Of a stretch of 64,000 bases of DNA, positions 51,476 to 64,000 are shown one piece after another (within the stretch, counting starts at the first letter, position 1; every line of letters starts with the position of its first letter). Origin of the DNA: Octopus sinensis (Eukaryota); assembly GCF_006345805.1 (NCBI RefSeq), contig NC_043014.1, positions 10,912,001-10,976,000 on the forward strand. The letters run 5' to 3'. The translations under genes and the position numbers were made by a program. The notes under the pieces were generated by a model that did no database searches, was not told the origin of the DNA, and saw nothing but the letters and a program-made list of their open reading frames with translations.

Positions 51476-54400
51476 AGTGTAGGTGCCACTTAAAAAAGCA
51501 TCCTGTCCACACTGTAAAGTGGTTGGCATTTGGAAGGGCATCCAGCTGTAAAAGAACCTAGCCAAAACTGACCTCGCCTGTGCTTGTACCACATTAAAAG
51601 CCCTAAGTCCACGCAGCTGAGCAGTTGGTGTTAGGAAGGACATCCAGCTGTAAAAGCCTTGCCAAAACTGACCTCGCCTGTGCTTATACCACATTAAAAG
51701 CCCTAAGTCCACTTGACTAAGCAGTTGGTGTTAGGAAGGGCATCCAGCTGTAAAAGCCTTGCCAAAACTGACCTCGCCTGTGCTTATACCACATTAAAAG
51801 CAGTAAGTCCACGCAGCTGAGCAGTTGGTGTTAGGAAGGGCATCCAGCTGTAAAAGCCTTGCCAAAACTGACCTCACCTGTGCTTGTACCACATTAAGAG
51901 CCCTAAGTCCACTCAGCTGAGCAGTTGGTGTTAGGAAGGGCATCCAGCTGTAAAAGCCTTGCCAAAACTGACCTCGCCTGTGCTTGTACCACATTAAAAG
52001 CCCTAAGTCCACTCAGCTGAGCAGTTGGTGTTAGGAAGGGCATCCAGCTGTAAAAGCCTTGCCAAAACTGACCTCGCCTGTGCATGTACCACATTAAAAG
52101 CCCTAAGTCCACTTGGCAGAGCAGTTGGTGTTAGGAAGGGCATCAAGCTGTAAAAGCCTTGCCAAAACTGACCTCGCCTGTGCTTGTACCACATTAAAAG
52201 CCCTAAGACCACGCAGCTGAGCAGTTGGTGTTAGGAAGGGCATCCAGCTGTAAAAGTCTTGCCAAAACTGACCTCGCCTGTGCATGTACCACATTAAAAG
52301 CCCTAAGTCATGGCAGAGCAGTTGGTGTAGGAAGGCATCGAGCTGTAAAAGCCTTGCCAAAAAATGACCTGCCTGTGCTTGTACCACATTAAAAGCCCTA
52401 AGTCCACTGGCAGAGCAGTTGGTGTTAGGAAGGGCATCCACTGTAAAAGCCTTGCCAAAACTGACCTCGCTGTGCTTGTACCACATTAAAAGCAGTAAGT
52501 CACTCAGCTGGGCAGTTGGTGTTAGGAAGGGCATCCAGCTGTAAAAGCCTTGCCAAACTGCCTCGCCTGTGCTTGTACCACATTACAAGCAGAAGTCCAC
52601 TCAGCTGAGCAGTTGGTGTTAGGAAGGGCATCCAGCTGTAAAAGCCTTGCCAAAACTGACCTCGCCTGTGCCTGTACCACATTAAAAGCAGTAAGTCCAC
52701 TCAGCTGAGCAGTTGGTGTTAGGAAGGGCATCCAGCTGTAAAAGCCTTGCCAAAACTGACCTCGCCTGTGCATGTACCACATTAAAAGCAGTAAGTCCAC
52801 TTGGCTGAGCAGTTGGTGTTAGGAAGGGCATCCGCTGTAAAAGCCTTGCCAAAACTGACCTCGCCTGTGCTTGTACCACATTAAAAGCAGTAAGTCCACT
52901 CAGCTGAGCAGTTGGTGTTAGGAAGGCATCCAGCGGTAAAGCCTTGCAAAAACTGACCTCGCCTGTGCTTGTACCACATTAAAAGCAGTAAGTCCACTCA
53001 GCTGAGCAGTTGGTGTTAGGAAGGGCATCCACTGTAAAAGCCAGGCCAAAACTGACCTCGCCTGTGCTTGTACCACATTAAAAGCTAGTAGTCCGCTCGG
53101 CAGAGCAGTTGGTGTTAGGAAGGGCAGCCACTGTAAAAGCCTTGCCAAAACTGACCTCGCCTGTGCATGTACCACATTAAAAGCAGTAAGTCCACTCAGA
53201 TGAGCAGTTGGTGTAAGGAAGAGCATCCAGCTGTAAAAGCCTTGCCAAAACTGACCTCGCCTGTGCTTGTACCACATTAAAAGCAGTAAGTCCGCTCGGC
53301 AGAGCAGTTGGTGTTAGGAAGGGCAGCCAGCTGTAAAAGCCTTGCCAAAACTGACCTCGCCTGTGCATGTACCACATTAAAAGCAGTAAGTACACTCAGC
53401 TGAGCGGTTGGTGTTAAGAAGGGCATCCAGCTGTAAAAGCCTTGCCAAAACTGACCTCGCCTGTGCATGTACCACATTAAAAGCAGTAAGTCCACTCAGC
53501 TGAGCAGTTGGTGTTAGGAAGGGCATCCAGCTGTAAAGGCCTTGCAAAACTAACGACTCGCCTGTGCTTGTACCACATTAAAAGCCCTAAGTCCACTCGG
53601 CAGAGAGTTGCTGTTAGGAAGGCATCCAGCTGTAAAAGCCTTGCCAAAACTGACCTCGCCTGTGCTTGTACCACATTAAAAGCAGTAAGTCCACTCAGCT
53701 GAGCAGTTGGTGTTAGGAAGGGCATCCAGCTGTACAAGCCTTGCCAAAACTGAACCTCACCTGTGCTTGTACCACATTAAAAGCAGTAAGTCCACTCAGC
53801 TGAGCAGTTGGTGTTAGGAAGGGCATCCAGCTGTAAAAGCCTTGCCAAACTGACCTCGCCTGTGCTTGTACCACATTAAAACAGTAAGTCCACTCAGCTG
53901 AGCAGTTGGTGTTAGGAAGGGCATCCAGCTGTACAAGCCTTGCCAAAACTGACCTCGCCTGTGCATGTACCACTTAAAAGCAGTAGTCCACTCAGCTGAG
54001 CGTTTGTGTTAGAAGGGCATCCAGCTGTAAAAGCCTTGCCAAAACTGACCTCGCCTGTGCTTGTACCACATTAAAAGCCTAAGTCCACTCGGCAGAGAGT
54101 TGCTGTTAGGAAGGGCATCCAGCTGTAAAAGCCTTGCCAAAACTGACCTCGCCTGTGCTGTACCACATTAAAAGCAGTGAGTCCACTCAGCTGAGCAGTT
54201 GGTGTTAAGAAGGGCAGCCAGCTGTAAAAGCCTTGCCAAAACTGACCTCGCCTGTGCTTGTACCACATTAAAAGCCCTAAGTCCACTCGCAGAGTTGGTG
54301 TTAGGAAGGGCATCCAGCTGTAAAAGCCTGCCAAAATGACCTTCGCCTGTGCTTGTACCACATTAAAAGCAGTGAGTCCACTCAGCTGAGCAGTTGGTGT

Positions 54401-57400
54401 TAAGAAGGGCAGCCAGCTGTAAAGGCCTTGCCAAAACTGACCTCGCCTGTGCTTGTACCACATTAAAAGCCCTAAGTCCACTCGGCAGAGAGGTTGCTGT
54501 TAGGAAGGGCATCCAGCTGTAAAAGCCTTGCCAAAACTGACCTCGCCTGTGCTTGTACCACATTAAAAGCAGTAAGTCCACTCAGCTGAGCAGTTGGTGT
54601 TAGGAAGGGCATCCAGCTGTAAAAGCCTTGCCAAAACTGACCTCGCCTGTGCTTGTACCACATTAAAAGCAGTAAGTCCACTCAGCTGAGCAGTTGGTGT
54701 TAGGAAGGGCATCCAGCTGTAAAAGCCTTGCCAAAACTGACCTCACCTGTGCTTGTACCACATTAAAAGTAGTAAGTCCACTCAGCTGAGCAGTTGGTGT
54801 TAGGAAGGGCATCCAGCTGTAAAAGCCTTGCCAAAACTGACCTCGCCTGTGCATGTACCACATTAAAAGCAGTAAGTCCACTCAGCTGAGCAGTTGGTGT
54901 TAGGAAGGGCATCCGGCTGTAAAAGCCTTGCCAAAACTGACCTCGCCTGTGCTTGTACCACATTAAAAGCAGTAAGTCCACTCAGCTGAGCAGTTGGTGT
55001 TAGGAAGGGCATCCAGCGGTAAAGGCCTTGCAAAAACTGACCTCGCCTGTGCTTGTACCACATTAAAAGCAGTAAGTCCACTCAGATGAGCAGTTGGTGT
55101 TAGGAAGGGCATCCAGCTGTAAAAGCCAGGCCAAAACTGACCTCGCCTGTGCTTGTACCACATTAAAAGCAGTAAGTCCACTCAGCTGAGCAGTTGGTGT
55201 TAGGAAGGGCATCCAGCTGTAAAAGCCAGGCCAAAACTGACCTCGCCTGTGCTTGTACCACATTAAAAGCAGTAAGTCCACTCAGCTGAGCAGTTGGTGT
55301 TAGGAAGGGCATCCAGCTGTAAAAGCCTTGCCAAAACTGACCTCGCCTGTGCTTGTACCACATTAAAAGCAGTAAGTCCACTCAGCTGAGCAGTTGGTGT
55401 TAGGAAGGGCATCCAGCTGTAAAAGCCTTGCCAAAACTGACCTCGCCTGTGCTTGTACCACATTAAAAGCAGTAAGTCCACTCAGCTGAGCAGTTGGTGT
55501 TAGGAAGGGCATCCAGCGGTAAAGCCTTGCCAAAACTGACCTCGCCTGTGCTTGTACCACATTAAAAGCAGTAAGTCCACTCAGCTGAGCAGTTGGTGTT
55601 AGGAAGGGCATCCAGCTGTAAAAGCCTTGCCAAAACTGACCTCGCCTGTGCTTGTAACCACATTAAAAGCAGTAAGTCCACTCAGCTGAGCAGTTGGTGT
55701 TAGGAAGGGCATCCAGCTGTAAAAGCCAGGCCAAAACTGACCTCGCCTGTGCTTGTACCACATTAAAAGCAGTAAGTCCACTCAGATGAGCAGTTGGTGT
55801 TAGGAAGGGCATCCAGCTGTAAAAGCCTTGCCAAAACTGACCTCGCCTGTGCTTGTACCACATTAAAAGCAGTAAGTCCGCTCGGCAGAGCAGTTGGTGT
55901 TAGGAAGGGCAGCCAGCTGTAAAAGCCTTGCCAAAACTGACCTCGCCTGTGCATGTACCACATTAAAAGCAGTAAGTCCGCTCGGCAGAGCAGTTGGTGT
56001 TAGGAAGGGCAGCCAGCTGTAAAAGCCTTGCCAAAACTGACCTCGCCTGTGCATGTACCACATTAAAAGCAGTAAGTCCACTCAGCTGAGCGGTTGGTGT
56101 TAAGAAGGGCAGCCAGCTGTAAAAGCCTTGCCAAAACTGACCTCGCCTGTGCTTGTACCACATTAAAAGCAGTAAGTCCACTCAGCTGAGCAGTTGGTGT
56201 TAGGAAGGGCATCCAGCTGTAAAAGCCTTGCCAAAACTGACCTCGCCTGTGCTTGTACCACATTAAAAGCCCTAAGTCCACTCGGCAGAGAGTTGGTGTT
56301 AGGAAGGGCATCCAGCTGTAAAAGCCTTGCCAAAACTGACCTCGCCTGTGCTTGTACCACATTAAAAGCAGTAAGTCCACTCAGCTGAGCAGTTGGTGTT
56401 AGGAAGGGCATCCAGCTGTAAAAGCCTTGCCAAAACTGACCTCGCCTGTGCTTGTACCACATTAAAAGCAGTAAGTCCACTCAGCTGAGCAGTTTGTTTT
56501 AGGAAGGGCATCCAGCTGTAAAAGCCTTGCCAAAACTGACCTCACCTGTGCTTGTACCACATTAAAAGCAGTAAGTCCACTCAGCTGAGCAGTTGGTGTT
56601 AGGAAGGGCATCCAGCTGTAAAAGCCTTGCGAAAACTGACCTCGCCTGTGCTTTTACCACATTAAAAGCCCTAAGTCCACCCAGCTGAGAAGTTGGTGTT
56701 AGGAAGGGCATCCAGCTGTACAAGCCTTGCCAAAACTGACCTCGCCTGTGCTTGTACCACATTAAAAGCAGTAAGTCCACTCAGCTGAGCAGTTGGTGTT
56801 AGGAAGAGCATCCAGCTGTAAAAGCCTTGCCAAAACTGACCTCGCCTGTGCTTGTACCACATTAAAAGCAGTAAGTCCACTTGGTTGAGCAGTTGGTGTT
56901 AGGAAGGGCATCCAGCTGTAAAAGCCTTGCCAAAACTGACCTCGCCTGTGCTTGTACCACATTAAAAGCAGCAAGTCCACTCAGCTGGGCAGTTGGTGTT
57001 AGGAAGGGCATCCAGCTGTAAAAGCCTTGCCAAAACTGACCTCGCCTGTGCTTGTACCACATTAAAAGCAGTAAGTCCACTCAGCTGAGCAGTTGGTGTT
57101 ATGAAGGGCATCCAGCGGTAAAAGCCTTGACAAAACAGACCTCGCCTGTGCTTGTACCACATTAAAAGCAGTAAGTCCACTCAGCTGAGCAGTTGGTGTT
57201 AGGAAGGGCATCCAGCTGTAAAAGCCTTGCCAAAACTGACCTCGCCTGTGCTTGTACCACATTAAAAGCAGTAAGTCCACTCAGCTGAGCAGTTGGTGTT
57301 AGCAAGGGCATCCAGCTGTACAAGCCTTGCCAAAACTGACCTCGCCTGTGCTTGTACCACATTAAAAGCAGTAAGTCCACTCAGCTGAGCAGTTGGTGTT

Positions 57401-60400
57401 AGGAAGAGCATCCAGCTGTAAAAGCCTTGCCAAAACTGACCTCGCCTGTGCTTGTACCACATTAAAAGCCCTAAGTCCACTCAGCTGAGCAGTTGGTGTT
57501 AGGAAGGGCATCCAGCTGTAAAAGCCTTGCCAAAACTGACCTCGCCTGTGCTTGTACCACATTAAAAGCCCTAAGTCCACTCAGCTGAGCAGTTGGTGTT
57601 AGGAAGAGCATCCAGCTGTAAAAGCCTTGCCAAAACTGACCTCGCCTGCGCTTGTACCACAATAAAAGCCCTAAGTCCACTTGGCTGAGCAGTTGGTGTT
57701 AGGAAGGGAATCCAGCTGTAAAAGACTTGCCAAAACTGACCTCACCTGTACTTGTACCACATTAAAAGCCCTAAGTCCACTCAGCTGAGCAGTTGGTGTT
57801 AGGAAGGGCATCCAGCTGTAAAAGCCTTGCCAAACGTGACCTCGCCTGTGCTTGTACTACATTAAAAGCAGTAAGTCCACCTGGTTGAGCAGTTGGTGTT
57901 AGGAAGGGCATCCAGCTGTAAAAGCCTTGCCAAAACTGACCTCGCCTGTGCTTGTACCACATTAAAAGCAGTAAGTCCACTTGGTTGAGCAGTGGTGTTA
58001 GGAAGGGCATCCAGCTGTAAAAGCCTTGCCAAAACTGACCTCGCCTGTGCTTGTACTACATTAAAAGCAGTAAGTCCACTTGGTGAGCAGTTGGTGTTAG
58101 GAAGGGCATCCAGCTGTAAAAGCCTTGCCAAAACTGACCTCGCCTGTGCTTGTACACATTAAAAGCAGTAAGTCCACTTGGCTGAGCAGTTGGTGTTAGG
58201 AAGGGCATCCAGCTGTAAGAGCCTTGCCAAAACTGACCTCGCCTGTGCTTGTACCACATTAAAAGCAGTAAGTCCACTAGGTTAAGCAGTTGGTGTTAGG
58301 AAGGGCATCCAGCTGTAAAAGCTTGCCAAAACTGACCTCGCCTGTGCTTGTACCACATTAAAAGCAGTAAGTCCACTGGGAGCAGTTGGTGTTAGGAAGG
58401 GCATCCAGCTGTAAAAGCCTTGCCAAAACTGATCTGCCTGTGCTTGTACCACATTAAAAGCAGTAAGTCCACTCAGCTCAGCAGTTAGTGTTAGGAAGGG
58501 CATCCAGCTGTAAAAGCCTTGCCAAAACTGACCTCGCCTGGTTTGTACCACGTTAAAAGCAGTAAGTCCACTTGGTGAGCAGTTGGTGTTAGGAAGGGCA
58601 TCCAGCTGTAAAAGCCTTGCCAAAAATGACCTCGCCTGTGCTTGTACCACATTAAAAGCAGTAAGTCCACTTGGCTGAGCAGCAGGTGTTAGGAAGGGCA
58701 TCCAGCTGTAAAAGCCTTGCCAAAACTGACCTCGCCTGCTTTGAACCACATTAAAAGCAGTAAGTCCACTCAGCTGAGCAGTTGGTGCTAGGAAGGGCAT
58801 CCAGCTGTAAAAGCCTTGCCAAAACTGACCTCGCCTGTGCTTGTACCACATTAAAAGCCCTAAGTCCACTCAGCTGAGCAGTTGGTGTTAGGAAGGGCAT
58901 CCAGCTGTAAAAGCCTTGCCAAAACTGACCTCGCCTGTGCTTGTACCACATTAAAAGCCCTAAGTCCACTCAGCTGAGCAGTTAGTGCTAGGAAGGGCAT
59001 CCAGCTGTACAAGCCTTGCCAAAACTGACCTCGCCTGTGCTTGTACCACATTAAAAGCAGTAAGTCCACTCAGCTGAGCAGTTGGTTTTAGGAAGAGCAT
59101 CCAGCTGTAAAAGCCTTGCCAAAACTGACCTCGCCTGTGCTTGTACCACATTAAAAGCCCTCAGTCCACTCAGCTGAGCAGTTGGTGTTAGGAAGGGCAT
59201 CCAGCTGTACAAGCCTTGCCCAAACTGACCTCACCTGTGCTTGTACCACATTAAAAGCAGTAAGTCCACTCAGCTGAGCAGTTGGTGTTAGGAAGAGCAT
59301 CCAGCTGTAAAAGCCTTGCCAAAACTGACCTCGCCTGTGCTTGTACCACATTAAAAGGCCAAAGTCGACTCAGCTGAGCAGTTGGTGTTAGGAAGGGCAT
59401 CCAGCTGTAAAAGCCTTGCCAAAACTGACCTCGCCTGTGCTTGTACCACATTAAAAGCCCTAAGTCCACTCAGCTGAGCAGTTGGTGTTAGGAAGAGCAT
59501 CCAGCTGTAAAAGCCTTGCCAAAACTGACCTCGCCTGTGCTTGTACCACATTAAAAGCAGTAAGTCCACTCAGCTGAGCAGTTGGTGTTAGGAAGGGCAT
59601 CCAGCTGTAAAAGCCTTGCCAAACTGACCTCGCCTGTGCTTGTACCACATTAAAAGCCCTAAGTCCACTTGGCTGAGCAGTTGGTGTTAGGAAGGGATCC
59701 AGCTGTAAAAGACTTGCCAAAACTGACCTCGCCTGTGCTTGTACAACATTAAAAGCCCTAAGTCCACTCAGCTGAGCAGTTGGTGTTAGGAAGGGCATCC
59801 AGCAGTAAAAGCCTTGCCAAAACTGACCTCGCCTGTGCTTGTACCACATTAAAAGCAGTAAGTCCACTGGTGAGCAGTTGGTGTTAGGAAGGGCATCCAG
59901 CTGTAAAAGCCTTGCCAAAACTGACCTAGCCTGTGCTTGTACCACATTAAAAGCCCTAAATCCCCTTGGCAGAGCAGTTGGTGTTAGGAAGGGCATCCAG
60001 CTGTAAAAGCCTTGCCAAAACTGACCTCGCCTGTGCTTGTACCACATTAAAAGCAGTGAGTCCACTCAGCTGGGCAGTTGGTGTTAGGAAGGGCATCCAG
60101 CTGTAAAAGCCTTGCCAAAACTGACCTCGCCTGTGCTTGTACCACATTAAAAGCAGTAAGTCCACTCAGCTGAGCAGTTGGTGTTAGGAAGGGCATCAAG
60201 TTGTAAAAGCCTTGACAAAACTGACCTCGCCTGTGCTTGTACCACATTAAAAGCAGTAAGTCCACTCAGCTGAGCAGTTGGTGTAGGAAGGGCATCCAGC
60301 TGTAAAAGCCTTGCCAAAACTGACCTCGCCTGTGCTTGTACCACATTAAAAGCAGTAAGTCCACTCAGCTGAGCAGTTGGTGTTAGGAAGGGCATCAGCT

Positions 60401-63400
60401 GTAAAAGCCTTGCCAAAACTGACCTCGCTGTGCTTGTACCACATTAAAAGCAGTAAGTCCACTCAGCTGAGCAGTTGGTGTTAGGAAGGGCATCCAGCTG
60501 TAAAAGCCTTACCAAAACTGACCTCGCCTGTGCTTGTACCACATTAAAAGCAGTAAGTCCACTCAGCTGAGCAGTTGGTGTTAGGAAGGGCATCCAGCTG
60601 TACAAGCCTTGCCAAAACTGACCTCGCCTGTGCTTGTACCACATTAAAAGCAGTAAGTCCACTCAGCTGAGCAGTTGGTGTTAGGAAGAGCATCCAGCTG
60701 TAAAAGCCTTGCCAAAACTGACCTCGCCTGTGCTTGTACCACATTAAAAGCAGTAAGTCCACTCAGCTGAGCAGTTGGTGTTAGGAAGGGCATCCAGCTG
60801 TAAAAGCCTTGCCAAAACTGACCTCGCCTGTGCTTGTACCACATTAAAAGCAGTAAGTAAGTCCACTCAGCTGAGCAGTTGGTGTTAGGAAGGGCATCCA
60901 GCTGTAAAAGCCTTGCCAAAACTGACCTCGCCTGTGCTTGTACCACATTAAAAGCAGTAAGTCACTCAGCTGAGCAGTTGGTGTTAGGAAGGGCATCCAG
61001 CTGTAAAAGCGTTGCCAAAACTGACCTCGCCTGTGCTTGTACCACATTAAAAGCCCTAAGTCCACTTGGCTGAGCAGTTGGTGTTAGGAAGGGAATCCAG
61101 CTGTAAAAGACTTGCCAAAACTGACCTCGCCTGTGCTTGTACCACATTAAAAGCCCTAAGTCCACTCAGCTGAGCAGTTGGTGTTAGGAAGGGCATCCAG
61201 CTGTAAAAGCCTTGCCAAAACTGACCTCGCCTGTGCTTGTACTACATTAAAAGCAGTAAGTCCACATGGTTGAGCAGTTGGTGTTAGGAAGGGCATCCAG
61301 CTGTAAAAGTCTTGCCAAAACTGACCTCGCCTGTGCTTGTAACACATTAAAAGCAGTAAGTCCACTGGTTGAGCAGTTGGTGTTAGGAAGGGCATCCAGC
61401 TGTAAAAGCCTTGCAAAAACTGACCTCGCCTGTGCTTGTACTACATTAAAAGCAGTAAGTCCACTGGTTGAGCAGTAGGTGTTAGGAAGGGCATCCAGCT
61501 GTAAAAGCCTTGCCAAAACTGACATCGCCTGTGCTTGTACCACATTAAAAGCAGTAAGTCCACTTGGCTGAGCAGTTGGTGTTAGGAAGGGCATCCAGCT
61601 GTAAAAGCCTTGCCAAAACTGACCTCGCCTGTGCTTGTACCACATTAAAAGCAGTAAGTCCACTTGGTTGAGCAGTTGGTGTTAGGAAGGGCATCCAGCT
61701 GTAAAAGCCTTGCCAAAACTGAACTCGCCTGTGCTTGTACCACATTAAAAGCAGTAAGTCCACTTGGCTGAGCAGTTGGTGTTAGGAAGGGCATCCAGCT
61801 GTAAAAGCCTTGCAAAAACTGACCTCGCCTGTGCTTGTACCACATTAAAAGCCCTAAGTCCACTCAGCTGAGCAGTTGGTGTTAGGAAGAGCATCCAGCT
61901 GTAAAAGCCTTGCCAAAACTGACCTCGCCTGTGCTTGTACCACATTAAAAGCAGTAAGTCCACTCAGCTGAGCAGTTGGTGTTAGGAAGGGCATCCAGCT
62001 GTAAAAGCCTTGCCAAAACTGACCTCGCCTGTGCTTGTACCACATTAAAAGCCCTAAGTCCACTTGGCTGAGCAGTTGGTGTTAGGAAGGGAATCCAGCT
62101 GTAAAAGACTTGCCAAAACTGACCTCGCCTGTGCTTGTACCACATTAAAAGCCCTAAGTCCACTCAGCTGAGCAGTTGGTGTTAGGAAGGGCATCCAGCT
62201 GTAAAAGCCTTGCCAAAACTGACCTCGCCTTTGCTTGTAACATTAAAACAGTAAGTCCACTTGGTTGAGCAGTTGGTGTTTGGAAGGGCATCCAGCTGTA
62301 AAAGCCTTGCCAAAACTGACCTGCCTGTGCTTGTACCACATTAAAAGCAGTAAGTCCACTTGGTGAGCAGTTGGTGTTAGGAAGGGCATCCAGCTGTAAA
62401 AGCCTTGCCAAAACTGACCTCGCCTGTGCTTGTACCACATTAAAAGCAGTAAGTCCACTTGGTTGAGCAGTTGGTGTTAGGAAGGGCATCCAGCTGTAAA
62501 AGCCTTGCCAAAACTGACCTCGCCTGTGCTTGTACCACATTAAAAGCAGTAAGTCCACTTGGGAGCAGTTGGTGTTAGGAAGGGCATCCAGCTGTAAAAG
62601 CCTTGCCAAAACTGACCTCGCCTGTGCTTGTACCACATTAAAAGCCCTAAGTCCACTCAGCTGAGCAGTTGGTGTTAGGAAGAGCATCCAGCTGTAAAAG
62701 CCTTGCCAAAACTGACCTCGCCTGTGCTTGTACCACATTAAAAGCAGTAAGTCCACTCAGCTGAGCAGTTGGTGTTAGGAAGGGCATCCAGCTGTAAAAG
62801 CCTTGCCAAAACTGACCTCGCCTGTGCTTGTACCACATTAAAAGCCCTAAGTCCACTTGGCTGAGCAGTTGGTGTTAGGAAGGGAATCCAGCTGTAAAAG
62901 ACTTGCCAAAACTGACCTCGCCTGTGCTTGTACCACATTAAAAGCCCTAAGTCCACTCAGCTGAGCAGTTGGTGTTAGGAAGGGCATCCAGCTGTAAAAG
63001 CCTTGCCAAAACTGACCTCGCCTGTGCTTGTATTACATTAAAAGCAGTAAGTCCACTTGGTTGAGCAGTTGGTGTTAGGAAGGGCATCCAGCTGTAAAAG
63101 CCTTGCCAAAACTGACCTCGCCTGTGCTTGTACCACATTAAAAGCCCTAAGTCCACTCAGCTGAGCAGTTGGTGTTAGGAAGGGCATCCAGCTGTAAAAG
63201 CCTTGCCAAAACTGACCTCGCCTGTGCTTGTACCACATTAAAAGCCCTAAGTCCACTCAGCTGAGCAGTTGGTGTTAGGAAGAGCATCCAGCTGTAAAAG
63301 CCTTGCCAAAACTGACCTCGCCTGTGCTTGTACCACATTAAAAGCAGTAAGTCCACTCAGCTGAGCAGTTGGTGTTAGGAAGGGCATCCAGCTGTAAAAG

Positions 63401-64000
63401 CCTTGCCAAAACTGACATCGCCTGTGCTTGTACCACATTAAAAGCCTAAGTCCACTTGGCTGAGCAGTTGGTGTTAGGAAGGGAATCCAGCTGTAAAAGA
63501 CTTGCCAAAACTGACCTCGCCTGTGCTTGTACCACATTAAAAGCCCTAAGTCGACTCAGCTGAGCAGTTGGTGTTAGGAAGGGCATCCAGCTGTAAAAGC
63601 CTTGCCAAAACTGACCTCGCCTGTGCTTGTACCACATTAAAAGCAGTAAGTCCACTTGGTTGAGCAGTTGGTGTTAGGAAGGGCATCCAGCTGTAAAAGC
63701 CTTGCCAAAACTGACCTAGCCTGTGCTTGTACCACATTAAAAGCCCTAAATCCCCTTAGCAGAGCAGTTGGTGTTAGGAAGGGCATCCAGCTGTAAAAGC
63801 CTTGCCAAAACTGACCTCGCCTGTGCTTGTACCACATTAAAAGCAGTGAGTCCACTCAGCTGGGCAGTTGGTGTTAGGAAGGGCATCCAGCTGTAAAAGC
63901 CTTGCCAAAACTGACCTCGCCTTGCTTGTACCACATTAAAAGCAGTAAGTCCACTCAGCTGAGCAGTTGGTGTTAGGAAGGGCATCGAGTTGTAAAAGCC
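51476..64000. repeat. 100-bp satellite array (about 125 units, truncated by window end), intronic in SUPT16H
   Basis: Unit cagctgagcagttggtgttaggaagggcatccagctgtaaaagccttgccaaaactgacctcgcctgtgcttgtaccacattaaaagcagtaagtccact repeated head to tail. The first unit is diverged and SINE-like. Confidence 0.99.

Noticed and set aside
51576-64000. Dozens of similar ORFs (..LDALPNTNCSAEW..) and a CRISPR-like look
   Set aside because: The ORFs are by-products of a 100-bp period (not a multiple of 3) with a stop in each cycle. There are no unique spacers or cas genes, and the context is eukaryotic.
51576-64000. Hammerhead-containing satellite (newt/schistosome type)
   Set aside because: Neither strand of the unit has CUGANGA plus GAAA.
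49005-64000. Intramolecular dsRNA between the satellite and family D SINEs in the SUPT16H pre-mRNA
   Set aside because: The intronic family D copy (49005-49250) is in the same orientation as the array. The inverted copies (39303, 41494) lie beyond the predicted polyA site.

Overview
This is AT-rich, repeat-saturated eukaryotic genomic DNA. The SINE families and microsatellite style point to an octopus/cephalopod (inference). The only host gene I can support is the 3' end of SUPT16H (FACT subunit Spt16) on the minus strand: three coding exons at 51200-51326, 49941-50015 and 47528-47781, plus a 3' UTR to about 46635. The intron upstream of these exons holds a >=12.5 kb array of a 100-bp satellite (51476-64000, running off the window). 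The satellite is visibly derived from a local SINE-like family and shows higher-order structure. Positions 1-46600 are a nested stack of tRNA-derived SINEs (including head-to-tail concatemers), remnants of CR1, Tx1/L1, RTE, R4/Dong, CRE and Penelope retroelements, mariner, DD41D, Tc2, hAT and Helitron derivatives, and microsatellites. The best leads are: the SINE-born intronic satellite; a TSD-bounded bipartite RTE with an HDV-like ribozyme topology at its 5' end; a Penelope-linked tRNA-head plus hammerhead module; single-head SINE concatemers; an old inverted duplication with a homogenised core; and a perfect 149-bp inverted templated insertion. Family names come from remembered motifs, not database searches.
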